A DNA stretch of 64,000 bases from an uncultured candidate division Zixibacteria bacterium (GCA_963735035.1 CAVTJJ010000006.1:128001-192000), one strand, 5' to 3'. Counted from the first letter of the stretch, positions 19,542-29,832 are shown. Notes: generated by a model not told the origin, from the letters alone. A program made the numbers and translations.

Positions 19542-22108
19542 TGGCTGAAGCTGTGAAACAAGATCAAGCTCCGGCTGTCGCTCGTCCGACCGTCACATTC
19601 ACGATAGACGGCCGTCAGGTCACGGTCCCCAAGGGAACGACTATTCTGCTGGCCGCCAAACAGGTCGGAATTGACATTCCCACGTTCTGCTGGCACCCGA
19701 AGCTGAGCATTGAAGGCGCCTGCCGGATGTGTTATGTCGAGATCGAAAAGTGGCCCAAGCTGGCTATCTCGTGCGCTACCGAAGCTATGGACGGCATGGT
19801 CGTCTACAGTAATTCCGAGAAAGTGAAGGAAGGCCGGCGCGCCGTCATAGAGTTCACCCTGTTGAATCACCCGCTCGACTGTCCGACCTGCGACAAGGGT
19901 GGGGAGTGCACGCTTCAGGACCTGACGTTCGCGCACGGCTTTGATGACTCGCGCTTCGATTTTCGCAAGAACCGATTTGGGGTACAGGAATCACAGACGA
20001 CCTTTGACGATGTCAAGATCGGCCCCGAGATAATTCTCAATCGGAACCGCTGTATCAGGTGTTATCGTTGCGTCCGTGCGAACAAAGAAGCGTTTGGCGA
20101 ATACGATCTGGGAGCATTTGAGCGCGGCGATCACACCGAAATCAATGCCGCTCCCGGCCGTCAGGTTGACAATCCGTTTTCGGGTAATCTAGTTGAGATT
20201 TGTCCGGTCGGCGCCCTTACCAATACCGACTGGCGCTATAAGATAAGAGTCTGGCTGACCCAGACCGTTTCGTCAATTTGTCCGTTCCATAGCTCGGGCA
20301 CGAATACTCTGATCTACAATAACGGCACCCGGGGACGCATCTTTCGCGTGACTTCGCGGCCCAATGATGAAATCGACGATGGCTGGCTGACCGATCTTAC
20401 CCGCTACGGGTATCAGATGGTCACGTCCGATGATCGCCTGCGCACACCACTCATCAAGAAGGGTGGAAAGCAGGTCGAGGCCGACTGGAACGAAGCCCTA
20501 TCAGTGATCGGCGAACGACTGACCGAAATAATCGAGAAGAAGGGCCGGGTCTGTGTCGGTGGGTTGGTTTCGCCGTCTTTGGACAACGCCTCACTTTTCG
20601 GATTCTCAAAGCTGTTCCGTACCGTGCTCGGCTCGAACAATATCGATTCACGCACCGACTATCGCATGTTGCCGGTGTTGCCGGGCGGAGCTTATGATAT
20701 TCTCTGCAGCCAGCGCTTCAAGATCGCCGATATTGACTCGTCCGATGTCATCTTTACGCTGGGTAGTGATCTGATCAGGGAGCATCCGAACGAATACCTG
20801 CGCATGCGCCGGGCGTTCAACATTAAGGGTGCGACCATTTACGCGGCCAATCCGTACGGTACCAAATCTGCCGATATCGCGCGCACCGAGCTCGTGTACA
20901 AAGCCGGCACCGAAGAAATACTGCTCAACGGTATCTGTCTGGCGGCTATCGAAGACAAGCTGATTGACGCCGGGCGGATTGGCGACCTGCGCAAGAAGAT
21001 TTCTCCTACGACGGCGGCAGACGCCGCCCGGCTCGCAGGTGTCGAAGCTGGTCTGCTTCATGAAGTCGCGGCGGCGCTTGTGCGCGGCCGCAAGATCACC
21101 CTCTTTGCAGGTGAAATAGTCAGCCGTTCCCGCGACCGCGAAGCTATTGCCGCGGCGCTGTGTAACTTGATCCGACTTTTTGGTATCAACGATAAAGGCC
21201 AATTTGCAGTTCTGCCGCGCTATGCCAATTCCCGCGGCGCTCGCGACCTCGGCCTGGCCCCGAATCCTGCCGAGCCGGTGAAGAATTGTCTGAGAGAGCT
21301 CTGGGGTGACTGGCCCGAGGTTCAGCCGCTTACATCCGACCAAATGATGGTCGGTATGAAGAAGGAAGAAATCAACGGCTGCCTGGTGATTGGCGCCAAT
21401 CCGGTGATGTTGTATCCGGACCGCGAATTTGCCCACGACGCCCTGGAAGGTTTGGATTTCCTGGTCGTCGCTGATATGTACGAGACCGAGACCACGGCCC
21501 TGGCCGATGTGGTTCTGCCGCTGTCATCATGGGCTGAGTACGACGGCTACTATGTCAATTTGGAAGGTCGGACGCAGTTGGCCGGGCGCGCCATGCCCCC
21601 CAGATTCAAGTCGAAGCCGGGATACGAAATAGCTGACCTCATTGGCAAGCAGCTTGGTGTCGACTTGTTCGAATCACTCGAACAGCGGGATGATATGATA
21701 AGTAAAGTCCTGGCTGTGGATTCAGTCACGGCATTGCCCGGTACGTATCTCGAAGTCAAGACGACCCCAGACGAGGCCGGCAAAGAATATCCTATCGCCC
21801 TTTTTGTTGGCGATGATGCTCATCACAGCGGTCACTTGACCGAGAAGGCGATGTCGCTGGTCAATTTCTGCAGTGAAGCTTATGTCGAGATGTCGGCCGC
21901 TCTGGCGAAGCGCCTGAAGCTCGAAACCGGAGATTCGGCCAGGATTGAATCGGAGACGGGCAAACTGATTGTCCAGGTGAGGATAGTGCCGCACATGACT
22001 GGTGACGCCGTGTTCGTTCCGCGAAATTTCTCCGCGTCTCCGGTAAACTCGCTTATTATGCGCAAGCGGCGGGTCGACTGGGTTAAGATCAGCAAGGTTG
22101 TAGGTTAA
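19541..22108 (+). CDS. nuoG: NADH-quinone oxidoreductase subunit G
   Basis: GACRMC, NHPLDCPTCDKGGEC.LQD, RCIRCYRCVR, ICPVGAL; molybdopterin-fold C-terminus. Confidence 0.95.
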   Translation: MAEAVKQDQAPAVARPTVTFTIDGRQVTVPKGTTILLAAKQVGIDIPTFCWHPKLSIEGACRMCYVEIEKWPKLAISCATEAMDGMVVYSNSEKVKEGRRAVIEFTLLNHPLDCPTCDKGGECTLQDLTFAHGFDDSRFDFRKNRFGVQESQTTFDDVKIGPEIILNRNRCIRCYRCVRANKEAFGEYDLGAFERGDHTEINAAPGRQVDNPFSGNLVEICPVGALTNTDWRYKIRVWLTQTVSSICPFHSSGTNTLIYNNGTRGRIFRVTSRPNDEIDDGWLTDLTRYGYQMVTSDDRLRTPLIKKGGKQVEADWNEALSVIGERLTEIIEKKGRVCVGGLVSPSLDNASLFGFSKLFRTVLGSNNIDSRTDYRMLPVLPGGAYDILCSQRFKIADIDSSDVIFTLGSDLIREHPNEYLRMRRAFNIKGATIYAANPYGTKSADIARTELVYKAGTEEILLNGICLAAIEDKLIDAGRIGDLRKKISPTTAADAARLAGVEAGLLHEVAAALVRGRKITLFAGEIVSRSRDREAIAAALCNLIRLFGINDKGQFAVLPRYANSRGARDLGLAPNPAEPVKNCLRELWGDWPEVQPLTSDQMMVGMKKEEINGCLVIGANPVMLYPDREFAHDALEGLDFLVVADMYETETTALADVVLPLSSWAEYDGYYVNLEGRTQLAGRAMPPRFKSKPGYEIADLIGKQLGVDLFESLEQRDDMISKVLAVDSVTALPGTYLEVKTTPDEAGKEYPIALFVGDDAHHSGHLTEKAMSLVNFCSEAYVEMSAALAKRLKLETGDSARIESETGKLIVQVRIVPHMTGDAVFVPRNFSASPVNSLIMRKRRVDWVKISKVVG

Positions 22109-22112
22109 CGCG

Positions 22113-23096
22113 ATGCTGGAATTCGTTCTCATAGCGTCGATCAAGGTCATCGCGGTGATTCTTGTCTTGCTGACCGGGTGCGCCTACTCGACCTACATGG
22201 AGCGCAAAGTGGTGGCATTCATGCAGCACCGTATCGGTCCGCTCTATGCCGGACCGTACGGATTACTTCAGCCGGTAGCAGATGCTATTAAACTGATCTT
22301 CAAGGAAGACCTTGTCCCAGATAAGGCGGAGCGATTCGCATATACGATTGCCCCGATGATATCGTTTATGCCGGCGGTGCTGGTTTTCGCCGTAGTGCCG
22401 TTCTCGAGTGATTTCTCGCTCTTTGGCCGACATATTTCGGGCGTTATCTCGGACCTAAATATCGGCGTGCTCTGGGTGTTTACGATTGGATCGCTCGGCG
22501 TATATGGCACGATTTTGGCGGGCTGGTCGAGCGGATCGAAATATTCACTAATGGGCGGGCTGCGCGCCTCGGCGCAGACGATATCGTATGAACTGGCCTA
22601 TGGGCTTTCTATCGTTGGCGTAATCATATTAGCCAACACCCTGTCGATGACCGAGCTGGTGGCCAAGCAGGCGACGATTGCTGATTGGTATATCTGGAAA
22701 CAACCGCTCGGTTTCGTGCTGTATTTCATCTGCGCCATCGCCGAGACCAATCGGTCGCCGTTCGATCTGCCCGAAGCGGAATCGGAACTGGTGGCCGGTT
22801 ATATGACCGAGTATTCATCGATGCGGTTCGCGACGTTCTTCATAGGCGAATACGCTCATATGATCGCGGTTGGCGCGGTCGGGTCGACTCTGTTCTTCGG
22901 GGGCTGGCAGGGGCCGTGGTTGCCGCCGATTCTCTGGATGGTCATCAAGGTGTTCCTGTTCATCTTCGTCTATATCTGGATTCGCTCGACCCTGCCGAGG
23001 TTCCGGTATGACCAATTGATGAATTTCGGCTGGAAAGTGCTGTTCCCACTGGCCGTGTTGAATACACTTATTACCGGTTTGATTGTGGTATGGTAG
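22113..23096 (+). CDS. nuoH: NADH-quinone oxidoreductase subunit H
   Basis: GLLQP.AD..KL..KE, AETNRSPFDLPEAESELV.G, PRFRYDQLM. Confidence 0.97.
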   Translation: MLEFVLIASIKVIAVILVLLTGCAYSTYMERKVVAFMQHRIGPLYAGPYGLLQPVADAIKLIFKEDLVPDKAERFAYTIAPMISFMPAVLVFAVVPFSSDFSLFGRHISGVISDLNIGVLWVFTIGSLGVYGTILAGWSSGSKYSLMGGLRASAQTISYELAYGLSIVGVIILANTLSMTELVAKQATIADWYIWKQPLGFVLYFICAIAETNRSPFDLPEAESELVAGYMTEYSSMRFATFFIGEYAHMIAVGAVGSTLFFGGWQGPWLPPILWMVIKVFLFIFVYIWIRSTLPRFRYDQLMNFGWKVLFPLAVLNTLITGLIVVW

Positions 23097-23125
23097 GGCA
23101 TTAGCAGCGGCTATCGACAAATTGT

Positions 23126-23632
23126 ATGAAAGAACTCTTTAGAACATTAGTCGACACGTTCGTAAAGATGCCGCAAGGTTTTGCGGTGACGTTTCGGCAT
23201 ATGTTCAAACGGCCGGTCACTCTGGATTACCCGCGCAAGCGGGAACCGATGTCGCCCCGATACCGTGGGCTGCACTATCTGGAGCGTTATGAGGACGGCT
23301 CGGAGCGCTGTGTCTGCTGTGGGCTGTGTGCGGCGGCCTGTCCGGCCGATGCCATCTACATGGAACCGGCTGAGAACGAAAAAGGGGAGCGGTACGCCAA
23401 GATTTACGAAATCAACATGATCCGCTGTATTTTCTGCGGTTTTTGTGAAGAGGCCTGTCCCGAGGAAGCTATATTCCTCGGACGCGAATATGAGTTTGCC
23501 ACCGACAACCGGGACGGTTTCATTTACTCGAAAGAACAATTGCTGGTGCCGTATCCGAGAAAAGAGAATCCGTTCAAGAAGTTGATCAGACGGGTGCGGA
23601 AAGTTTACGGAGTTCCGGAAAGCCACCGATGA
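23126..23632 (+). CDS. nuoI: NADH-quinone oxidoreductase subunit I
   Basis: Two CxxCxxCxxxCP motifs; RCIFCGFCEEACP. Confidence 0.97.
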   Translation: MKELFRTLVDTFVKMPQGFAVTFRHMFKRPVTLDYPRKREPMSPRYRGLHYLERYEDGSERCVCCGLCAAACPADAIYMEPAENEKGERYAKIYEINMIRCIFCGFCEEACPEEAIFLGREYEFATDNRDGFIYSKEQLLVPYPRKENPFKKLIRRVRKVYGVPESHR

Positions 23633-24201
23633 ATCTCGACTTGATCATGTTTACAGTGTCCGCCGTCGTGGCGGTTTTTGGCGCGACCATGATGATTGCC
23701 CAGCGCAGTCCGGTGGCGTCGGTACTGTACATGATTCTGTCTCTGGTTGCGCAGGCGGTGTGCTACGTGCAGCTCGGGGCACTCTTCCTGGGGGCGATCC
23801 TGGTCGTGGTCTACGCGGGCGCTATCATGGTGCTGTTCCTGTTCGTTATCATGCTGTTGAATCTCCGGGGCAGTGAAGACCTGGGCGCCGCACCGCCGCC
23901 TTTGAGCCAGTTGACCAAGTATATCTTTGCGGTGCTGCTCACGTTGGAGCTGGTCTTCATAGTCAAGGCAGCACTTCTGGCGCAGACAACGACAGGAATC
24001 CTCGAAACGCCGGCCGATGGTTTCGGCTCGGTACAGTCTGTCGCAAAAAGCCTGTTCACCGACTATCTGTATCCGTTCGAACTGACCGGTGTTCTCCTGC
24101 TGGCCGCCGTAGTCGGAGCCGTGGTTATTGGCAAGAAACGCCGACTTCTCGATGCGGGTGATGGACAGGCAGACACTACCGCCGGGGAGACAAAGGAGTA
24201 G
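23629..24201 (+). CDS. nuoJ: NADH-quinone oxidoreductase subunit J
   Basis: VYAGAIMVLFLFVIMLL, PFE. Confidence 0.95.
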   Translation: MNLDLIMFTVSAVVAVFGATMMIAQRSPVASVLYMILSLVAQAVCYVQLGALFLGAILVVVYAGAIMVLFLFVIMLLNLRGSEDLGAAPPPLSQLTKYIFAVLLTLELVFIVKAALLAQTTTGILETPADGFGSVQSVAKSLFTDYLYPFELTGVLLLAAVVGAVVIGKKRRLLDAGDGQADTTAGETKE

Positions 24202-24202
24202 C

Positions 24203-24505
24203 ATGGTACCAATATCGGCATTCCTGGTTCTGGCAGCGGTGTTGTTCGGTATTGGAGCGATCGGCGTGCTCATCACACGCAATATGATCGTGCTCTTTAT
24301 GTCTGTCGAGATGATGCTCAACGCCGCCAACCTGGCGCTGATGGCCTTCTCGCGGGCGCTTAATATTGTCGACGGTCACGTAATCGTATTTCTGGTGCTG
24401 ACGATAGCCGCCGCGGAAGCCGCGGTTGGCTTGGCTCTGATAGTAATGGTTTACCGTAATCGCGAAACGATCAACATCGACCGCTTTAGTCTGATGAAAT
24501 GGTAG
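24203..24505 (+). CDS. nuoK: NADH-quinone oxidoreductase subunit K
   Basis: E.MLNAANL, AAAEAAVGLA; AAGGAG RBS before ATG 24203. Confidence 0.96.
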   Translation: MVPISAFLVLAAVLFGIGAIGVLITRNMIVLFMSVEMMLNAANLALMAFSRALNIVDGHVIVFLVLTIAAAEAAVGLALIVMVYRNRETINIDRFSLMKW

Positions 24506-24516
24506 GACGTTCGTAG

Positions 24517-26457
24517 ATGGCTGACCTGCTTTTCCTGATTCCACTATTACCGCTGGCCGGGTTTCTAATAAACGGCCTGTTGCTGGGCCGTCTGCCCAAG
24601 CCGGTGATCAGCCTGGTGGCGTGTGGATCAGTAGGGCTGTCGTTCCTCTTGTCCCTGGCGGCCTTCTACAATCTGGCGTCGATGCCGTCGGACGCCCGCC
24701 AGATGACGCAGACCTTGTTCACCTGGATATCCTCGGATCTTCTGCACGTGAATTTCGGTTTCCTGCTCGACCCGCTGTCGGCGGTAATGATTCTTGTGGT
24801 CACCGGAGTAGGCTTCCTCATTCACGTTTATTCCATCGGTTACATGAGCCACGACCACGGTTACGGGCGATTTTTCGCCTACCTGAATCTGTTCATGTTC
24901 TCGATGCTCGTGCTGGTTCTGGCCGACAATTTCCTCTTGCTCTTCGTCGGTTGGGAAGGGGTGGGCCTATGCTCGTACTTGCTGATTGGGTTTTGGTACG
25001 AAAAACAGTCTGCGACTGACGCCGGTAAGAAGGCGTTCATCGTCAACCGGATCGGCGATTTTGGCTTCCTGCTCGGCATGTTTATCATCTTCTGGAATGT
25101 TGGATCGCTCGATTTCATAACGGTCTCGAAGATGGCTCCGGAAGTGTTTGTGGCGGGCGGTGGTCTGATTACCGCGACCGGTCTACTGCTGTTCCTCGGA
25201 GCGTGTGGTAAATCGGCGCAGCTTCCGCTGTATGTCTGGCTGCCGGATGCGATGGAAGGCCCCACGCCGGTCTCGGCCTTGATTCATGCGGCCACGATGG
25301 TGACGGCCGGTGTCTACATGCTGGCGCGCACCAACGTGCTGTTCCTGATGGCGCCTGATGCCCTGATGGTGGTAGCTGTCGTTGGTGCTGCGACGGCCCT
25401 ATTTGCGGCGAGCATCGGTCTGGCGCAAAACGATATCAAGAGAGTGTTGGCGTACTCGACCGTCAGTCAGCTCGGCTATATGTTTCTCGCCTGCGGTGTG
25501 GCGTCGTTTACGGCCGGTATCTTCCACCTGATGACCCACGCCTTCTTCAAGGCGCTTCTGTTTCTTGGGGCCGGATCGGTCATTCACGCCATGTCCGGAG
25601 AGCAGGACATGCGCAACATGGGCGGTCTTAAGAGCCATGTGCCGATTACGTTCCGGACGATGTACATAGCGACTCTCGCCATTGCGGGAATTCCGTTCTT
25701 TGCCGGGTTCTTCTCGAAGGACGAAATTCTCTGGAAGGCGTATTCTTCGCCCATGCACGGCGGCTGGTTGTTCTGGTTGGTCGGTGTGGCCGGTGCGGCG
25801 CTGACCGCATTCTATATGTTCCGTCTGATCTATCTGACTTTCTATGGCTCCGAGCGGATGAGTTCCGAGGTCAAGCACCACTTGCACGAGTCGCCCAAGA
25901 CGATGACCATACCGCTGGTGGTGTTGGCGGCGCTTTCGGTTGTCGGCGGATTCGTGGGTATCCCTGGTACGTGGGGACTGCCCAACCTCTTTGAAGAATG
26001 GCTGGCGCCGGTGATGCACGGCCACGCTCAGGCCGCGGCCGAACACGCATTGGCGTCAACAGGAGAATCTGCTTCGGAAGAACTGACTCTCATGTTGCTG
26101 TCAATCGCGGTCGTGCTAACTTCGATTTATATGGCTCGGTATTTCTATAAGAAGAACCTCACGGCGGCTACCAGCCTGGCTTCAAAGTTGAGTGGTGTTC
26201 GTACTGTTCTGGCCAATAAGTACTATGTGGACGAGATCTATGGCGCCGTGATCATTCGGCCGCTGGTCTATTTCTCGGTCTTCTTGTGGAAGATAGTTGA
26301 CGTCATTATCATAGATGGCACTTTGAACGGTCTGGCGGTGGTCTGGGGCGAAGTGTCCAACACTCTACGCTTCAGTCAGTCCGGACAGTTGCGCAGTTAT
26401 GCTACGATATTCTCGGTGGGCGTAGTGATACTGATCGCCTATTTCATGTTTGGATAA
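24517..26457 (+). CDS. nuoL: NADH-quinone oxidoreductase subunit L
   Basis: GWEGVGLCSY, KSAQ.PL..WLPDAMEGPTPVSALIHAATMV, HAFFKA. Confidence 0.97.
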   Translation: MADLLFLIPLLPLAGFLINGLLLGRLPKPVISLVACGSVGLSFLLSLAAFYNLASMPSDARQMTQTLFTWISSDLLHVNFGFLLDPLSAVMILVVTGVGFLIHVYSIGYMSHDHGYGRFFAYLNLFMFSMLVLVLADNFLLLFVGWEGVGLCSYLLIGFWYEKQSATDAGKKAFIVNRIGDFGFLLGMFIIFWNVGSLDFITVSKMAPEVFVAGGGLITATGLLLFLGACGKSAQLPLYVWLPDAMEGPTPVSALIHAATMVTAGVYMLARTNVLFLMAPDALMVVAVVGAATALFAASIGLAQNDIKRVLAYSTVSQLGYMFLACGVASFTAGIFHLMTHAFFKALLFLGAGSVIHAMSGEQDMRNMGGLKSHVPITFRTMYIATLAIAGIPFFAGFFSKDEILWKAYSSPMHGGWLFWLVGVAGAALTAFYMFRLIYLTFYGSERMSSEVKHHLHESPKTMTIPLVVLAALSVVGGFVGIPGTWGLPNLFEEWLAPVMHGHAQAAAEHALASTGESASEELTLMLLSIAVVLTSIYMARYFYKKNLTAATSLASKLSGVRTVLANKYYVDEIYGAVIIRPLVYFSVFLWKIVDVIIIDGTLNGLAVVWGEVSNTLRFSQSGQLRSYATIFSVGVVILIAYFMFG

Positions 26458-26460
26458 GCG

Positions 26461-28047
26461 ATGGACAATATATTCTTGACATTGGTGACGTTCATGCCGC
26501 TTCTCGGGGCGGTGTTGCTGCTGTTTGTCCCGCGCGAGAGAGATGATACGGTCAAAGGCGTAGCGCTGATCATATCATTCATAACGCTTTTGCTGTCCAT
26601 CGCGATCTTCAAATTCTTCGATCCAAACGCCACCGGCATGCAGTTCTCCGTCGATGTGCCCTGGGTGCTTTCGCTCGGCATTCATTATCATATGGGTATC
26701 GACGGCATCTCGCTTCTGTTGATCGTGCTGACCAGTTTCCTGACGGTCCTGTGTGTGATAGCCTCGTGGAACTCGATCAAGCACGGTGTCAAAGGCTTCT
26801 ATATTTCGCTGCTGCTACTGACGACCGGGATGATCGGCGTCTTCTGTGCGCTGGACCTGTTCCTGTTCTATGTCTTCTGGGAAGTCATGCTGATTCCGAT
26901 GTATTTCATCATCGGCGTCTGGGGTGGCCCTAGGCGGGTCTATGCCGCCATCAAGTTCGTTCTGTTCACGATGTTCGGCTCGGTGCTGATGCTGGTGGCG
27001 ATACTGTACGTCTACTTCCAGTATCAGACCTATTCGGGCGAGTATACGTTTGATTTGCTGAAGTTGACCGCGATGCCATCACTGGCTGTCCAGCCCCAGT
27101 TGTGGCTCTTTGGAGCTTTCGCCCTGGCCTTTGCGATCAAGGTGCCGCTGTTTCCGTTCCATACCTGGTTACCCGATGCACATGTTCAGGCGCCTACCGT
27201 GGGTTCGGTCATTCTTGCGGGTGTACTGCTAAAGATGGGAACCTACGGTTTCTTGCGTATTTGCATGCCGCTCTTCCCGGAGGCGACGGTCATCTACTTG
27301 CCCTATATATGTGTCCTCGCGTTAATTGCAGTTGTGTATGGGGCGCTGGTGTCGATGGTCCAGCGGGACATCAAGTCACTGGTGGCGTTCTCTTCCGTGT
27401 CGCACATGGGCTTTATCATGCTCGGCATGTTCGCGCTCAATATTCAGGGGATGGAGGGCGCGGTTCTTCAGATGGTCAATCACGGGATTTCCACGGGAGC
27501 GCTCTTCTTGATCGTGGGCATGATCTACGAGCGGCGCCACACGCGGATGATTGAGGATTTCGGTGGCATAGCCAAGGTGATGCCGGTATTTGCTGTCTTC
27601 CTGATGATCTTTACGCTCTCGTCAATCGGCTTGCCTCTTACGAACGGGTTTGTGGGCGAGTTCCTGATTCTGCTGGGGGCGTTCAAAGCGAATACGACAT
27701 ACGGCGTTATTGCGGCCAGCGGCGTGGTTCTGGCCGCTTGCTATATGCTCTGGATGTATCAGCGCGTCATTTACGGCAAGATTACCAAGCCGGAGAACGA
27801 GAAACTGACCGATCTCACCGCTCGCGAGAAACTGGTGCTGATTCCTCTGGTCGTAATGGTGTTCTGGATCGGAGTGTACCCGTCGACCTTTACTTCGCGC
27901 ATCGAACCCGCGGTGAAACAGATATTGACTCAGGTAGCGCCCGCGCGGGCTGCCGAGCAGATACTACCCGCAGTAAAAGACCTGCGAGCCGGTGATGCAC
28001 CCACTGATTCGCTTCCGGCGGTAGTCGTGTCAGAGGTGTCGAAGTGA
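26461..28047 (+). CDS. nuoM: NADH-quinone oxidoreductase subunit M
   Basis: FYVFWE..LIP, KVP..PFHTWLPDAH..AP, LLKMG.YG, FVGEF. Confidence 0.97.
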   Translation: MDNIFLTLVTFMPLLGAVLLLFVPRERDDTVKGVALIISFITLLLSIAIFKFFDPNATGMQFSVDVPWVLSLGIHYHMGIDGISLLLIVLTSFLTVLCVIASWNSIKHGVKGFYISLLLLTTGMIGVFCALDLFLFYVFWEVMLIPMYFIIGVWGGPRRVYAAIKFVLFTMFGSVLMLVAILYVYFQYQTYSGEYTFDLLKLTAMPSLAVQPQLWLFGAFALAFAIKVPLFPFHTWLPDAHVQAPTVGSVILAGVLLKMGTYGFLRICMPLFPEATVIYLPYICVLALIAVVYGALVSMVQRDIKSLVAFSSVSHMGFIMLGMFALNIQGMEGAVLQMVNHGISTGALFLIVGMIYERRHTRMIEDFGGIAKVMPVFAVFLMIFTLSSIGLPLTNGFVGEFLILLGAFKANTTYGVIAASGVVLAACYMLWMYQRVIYGKITKPENEKLTDLTAREKLVLIPLVVMVFWIGVYPSTFTSRIEPAVKQILTQVAPARAAEQILPAVKDLRAGDAPTDSLPAVVVSEVSK

Positions 28048-28265
28048 GCAACGTGACGATATACACCAAAGTTGGTTGCCCTTACTGTGCCGCGGCGAAA
28101 AAGCACTTTGCCGAACAAGGCATTGCATTTGATGAGATCGATGTGCACCAGACACCTGGCGCGAAGGACAAATTGAATCAGCTCAGCGACGGCCGCAATA
28201 TCGTTCCGGTAATTGTAGAGAATGGCAAAGTAACGGTTGGATTTGGCGGTGGTTGAGGAATATAG
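28044..28265 (+). CDS. Glutaredoxin-like protein, probable selenoprotein (UXX-star type, C-terminus GGG-U-G-I); 70 aa to the TGA at 28254-28256, 73 aa with Sec
   Basis: CPYC and VPVI Grx motifs; GAGGTG RBS; GTGA overlap with nuoM stop; TGA-GGA-ATA-TAG followed by a hairpin. Confidence 0.8.
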
Positions 28266-28288
28266 GACGGGTGGCGGTCGCCACTATT
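28257..28288 (+). promoter_or_regulatory. Candidate bacterial SECIS element
   Basis: Stem GTGGC(28271-28275)/GCCAC(28280-28284), loop GGTC starting with G about 20 nt 3' of the in-frame TGA. Confidence 0.6.
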
Positions 28289-28289
28289 A

Positions 28290-29756
28290 GTGAGTACGAT
28301 GGTTGATTACGTTTCAGCGCTCTCGATTGATCTGAATCTGGTGTATCCGGAGATTGCACTGGTGATCGCCTCGTTTGTGTTGCTGGCCATAGCCTGTGTC
28401 CGGCGACTGAACGCAGCTGCTCCGTGGGTGACTCTGCTGGCTTATCTGGTCGTGCTCTGGTTGGTGATAAATCAGTGGGATCATCAGGGTTCCGGCTTTA
28501 GTGACATGGTGCTGTGTGACAATTTCGGCATCATGTTCAAATTGATTTTCGTGTTCACCTCAATCGTAACCGTCCTGCTGGCCCAGGATTACATGAAAGG
28601 GCGCGGACTCGACCTGCCCGAGTTCTATGCACTGATGCTTATGTCCACCTGCGGTATGATGGCCATGGCCAACACCGCAGACCTGGTGGTCATGCTGATC
28701 GGGCTTGAAGTTATGTCGGTGCCGCTGTATGTCATGGCCGGGTTCGATCACCGCTCGCTCAAGTCCAACGAGGCGGGCGTCAAGTATTTCATGATGGGAG
28801 CGTTTTCGTCGGCCTTCCTCCTGATGGGTATTGCGCTGATCTACGGCGCAACTGAGACTACAAATCTGCGACGGATCGTCACTGATTTCAGCTATCTCGC
28901 TTATCATCAGGAATCGTCGGTATATATTATGGCCGGGGCGATCCTGGTCCTGGTCGGTTTTGGGTTCAAAGTTGCAGCGGTGCCATTTCACAGTTGGGTG
29001 CCCGATGTCTATCAGGGAGCGCCGACCCCGGTGACCGCATTCTTCTCGGTGGCTCCAAAAGCGGCCGGGTTTGCGGTATTGCTGCGGATCTTTGTTTTCG
29101 GCTTCTCCGGTCTGGGAGACCTCTCAACGGTCTTCTGGGTGCTCGCTGTATTGACAATGTCGCTGGGGAACATCCTGGCACTGCGGCAGGACAATATCAA
29201 ACGGATGCTGGCCTATTCCTCAATTTCACACGCCGGCTACGTGCTCGTAGCATTGGCGGTGGGAGGACCTGAGGCAGTCAGCGCCGCCATTTTCTACCTG
29301 TCGGCCTATGCCATGTTCAATCTGGGTGCTTTTGCCGTAGTCACTCTCTTGGAGAACGGCGCGGGACGCAAAGCCGATTTCAGCGAATTGACCGGCATGT
29401 CCAAGGTTCATCCGTATCTGACCGCAGTACTCGCGCTGTTCATGTTCGCGTTAGCCGGATTTCCACCAACAGCCGGGTTCTTCGGAAAATTCTTTCTCTT
29501 TTCGGCGGCCGTGCGCTCAGGTTTCATCTGGTTGGCCGTGTTCGGCGTGCTCAATTCATTCGTGTCGGTCTATTTCTATCTGCGAGTCATCAAGGTGAGT
29601 TACTTCGACACGAGCGAAGAGCCGTTTGAAAAGGCGAGACTGTCACCGGCCATGCTGGTAGCCCTGGCGATAACCGTGATCGGCACGCTGGGCGTCGGCC
29701 TAATGCCGCACCAACTGTTGAGTATGTCTGTGGCGGCCATATTCGGCCTGCCGTAG
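28290..29756 (+). CDS. nuoN: NADH-quinone oxidoreductase subunit N (start GTG 28290 or ATG 28299)
   Basis: EAG.KYF, FKVAAVPFH.W.PDVYQGAPTP, KRMLAYSSI.HAGY, G.PPTAGF.GK. Confidence 0.96.
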   Translation: MSTMVDYVSALSIDLNLVYPEIALVIASFVLLAIACVRRLNAAAPWVTLLAYLVVLWLVINQWDHQGSGFSDMVLCDNFGIMFKLIFVFTSIVTVLLAQDYMKGRGLDLPEFYALMLMSTCGMMAMANTADLVVMLIGLEVMSVPLYVMAGFDHRSLKSNEAGVKYFMMGAFSSAFLLMGIALIYGATETTNLRRIVTDFSYLAYHQESSVYIMAGAILVLVGFGFKVAAVPFHSWVPDVYQGAPTPVTAFFSVAPKAAGFAVLLRIFVFGFSGLGDLSTVFWVLAVLTMSLGNILALRQDNIKRMLAYSSISHAGYVLVALAVGGPEAVSAAIFYLSAYAMFNLGAFAVVTLLENGAGRKADFSELTGMSKVHPYLTAVLALFMFALAGFPPTAGFFGKFFLFSAAVRSGFIWLAVFGVLNSFVSVYFYLRVIKVSYFDTSEEPFEKARLSPAMLVALAITVIGTLGVGLMPHQLLSMSVAAIFGLP

Positions 29757-29832
29757 TTCAAGACACAGTTGAATCTACAGGGGAGATAGAAAGCACAGAG
29801 ACGAACAGCGTCAGGCTAGTTCTAACTACGGG

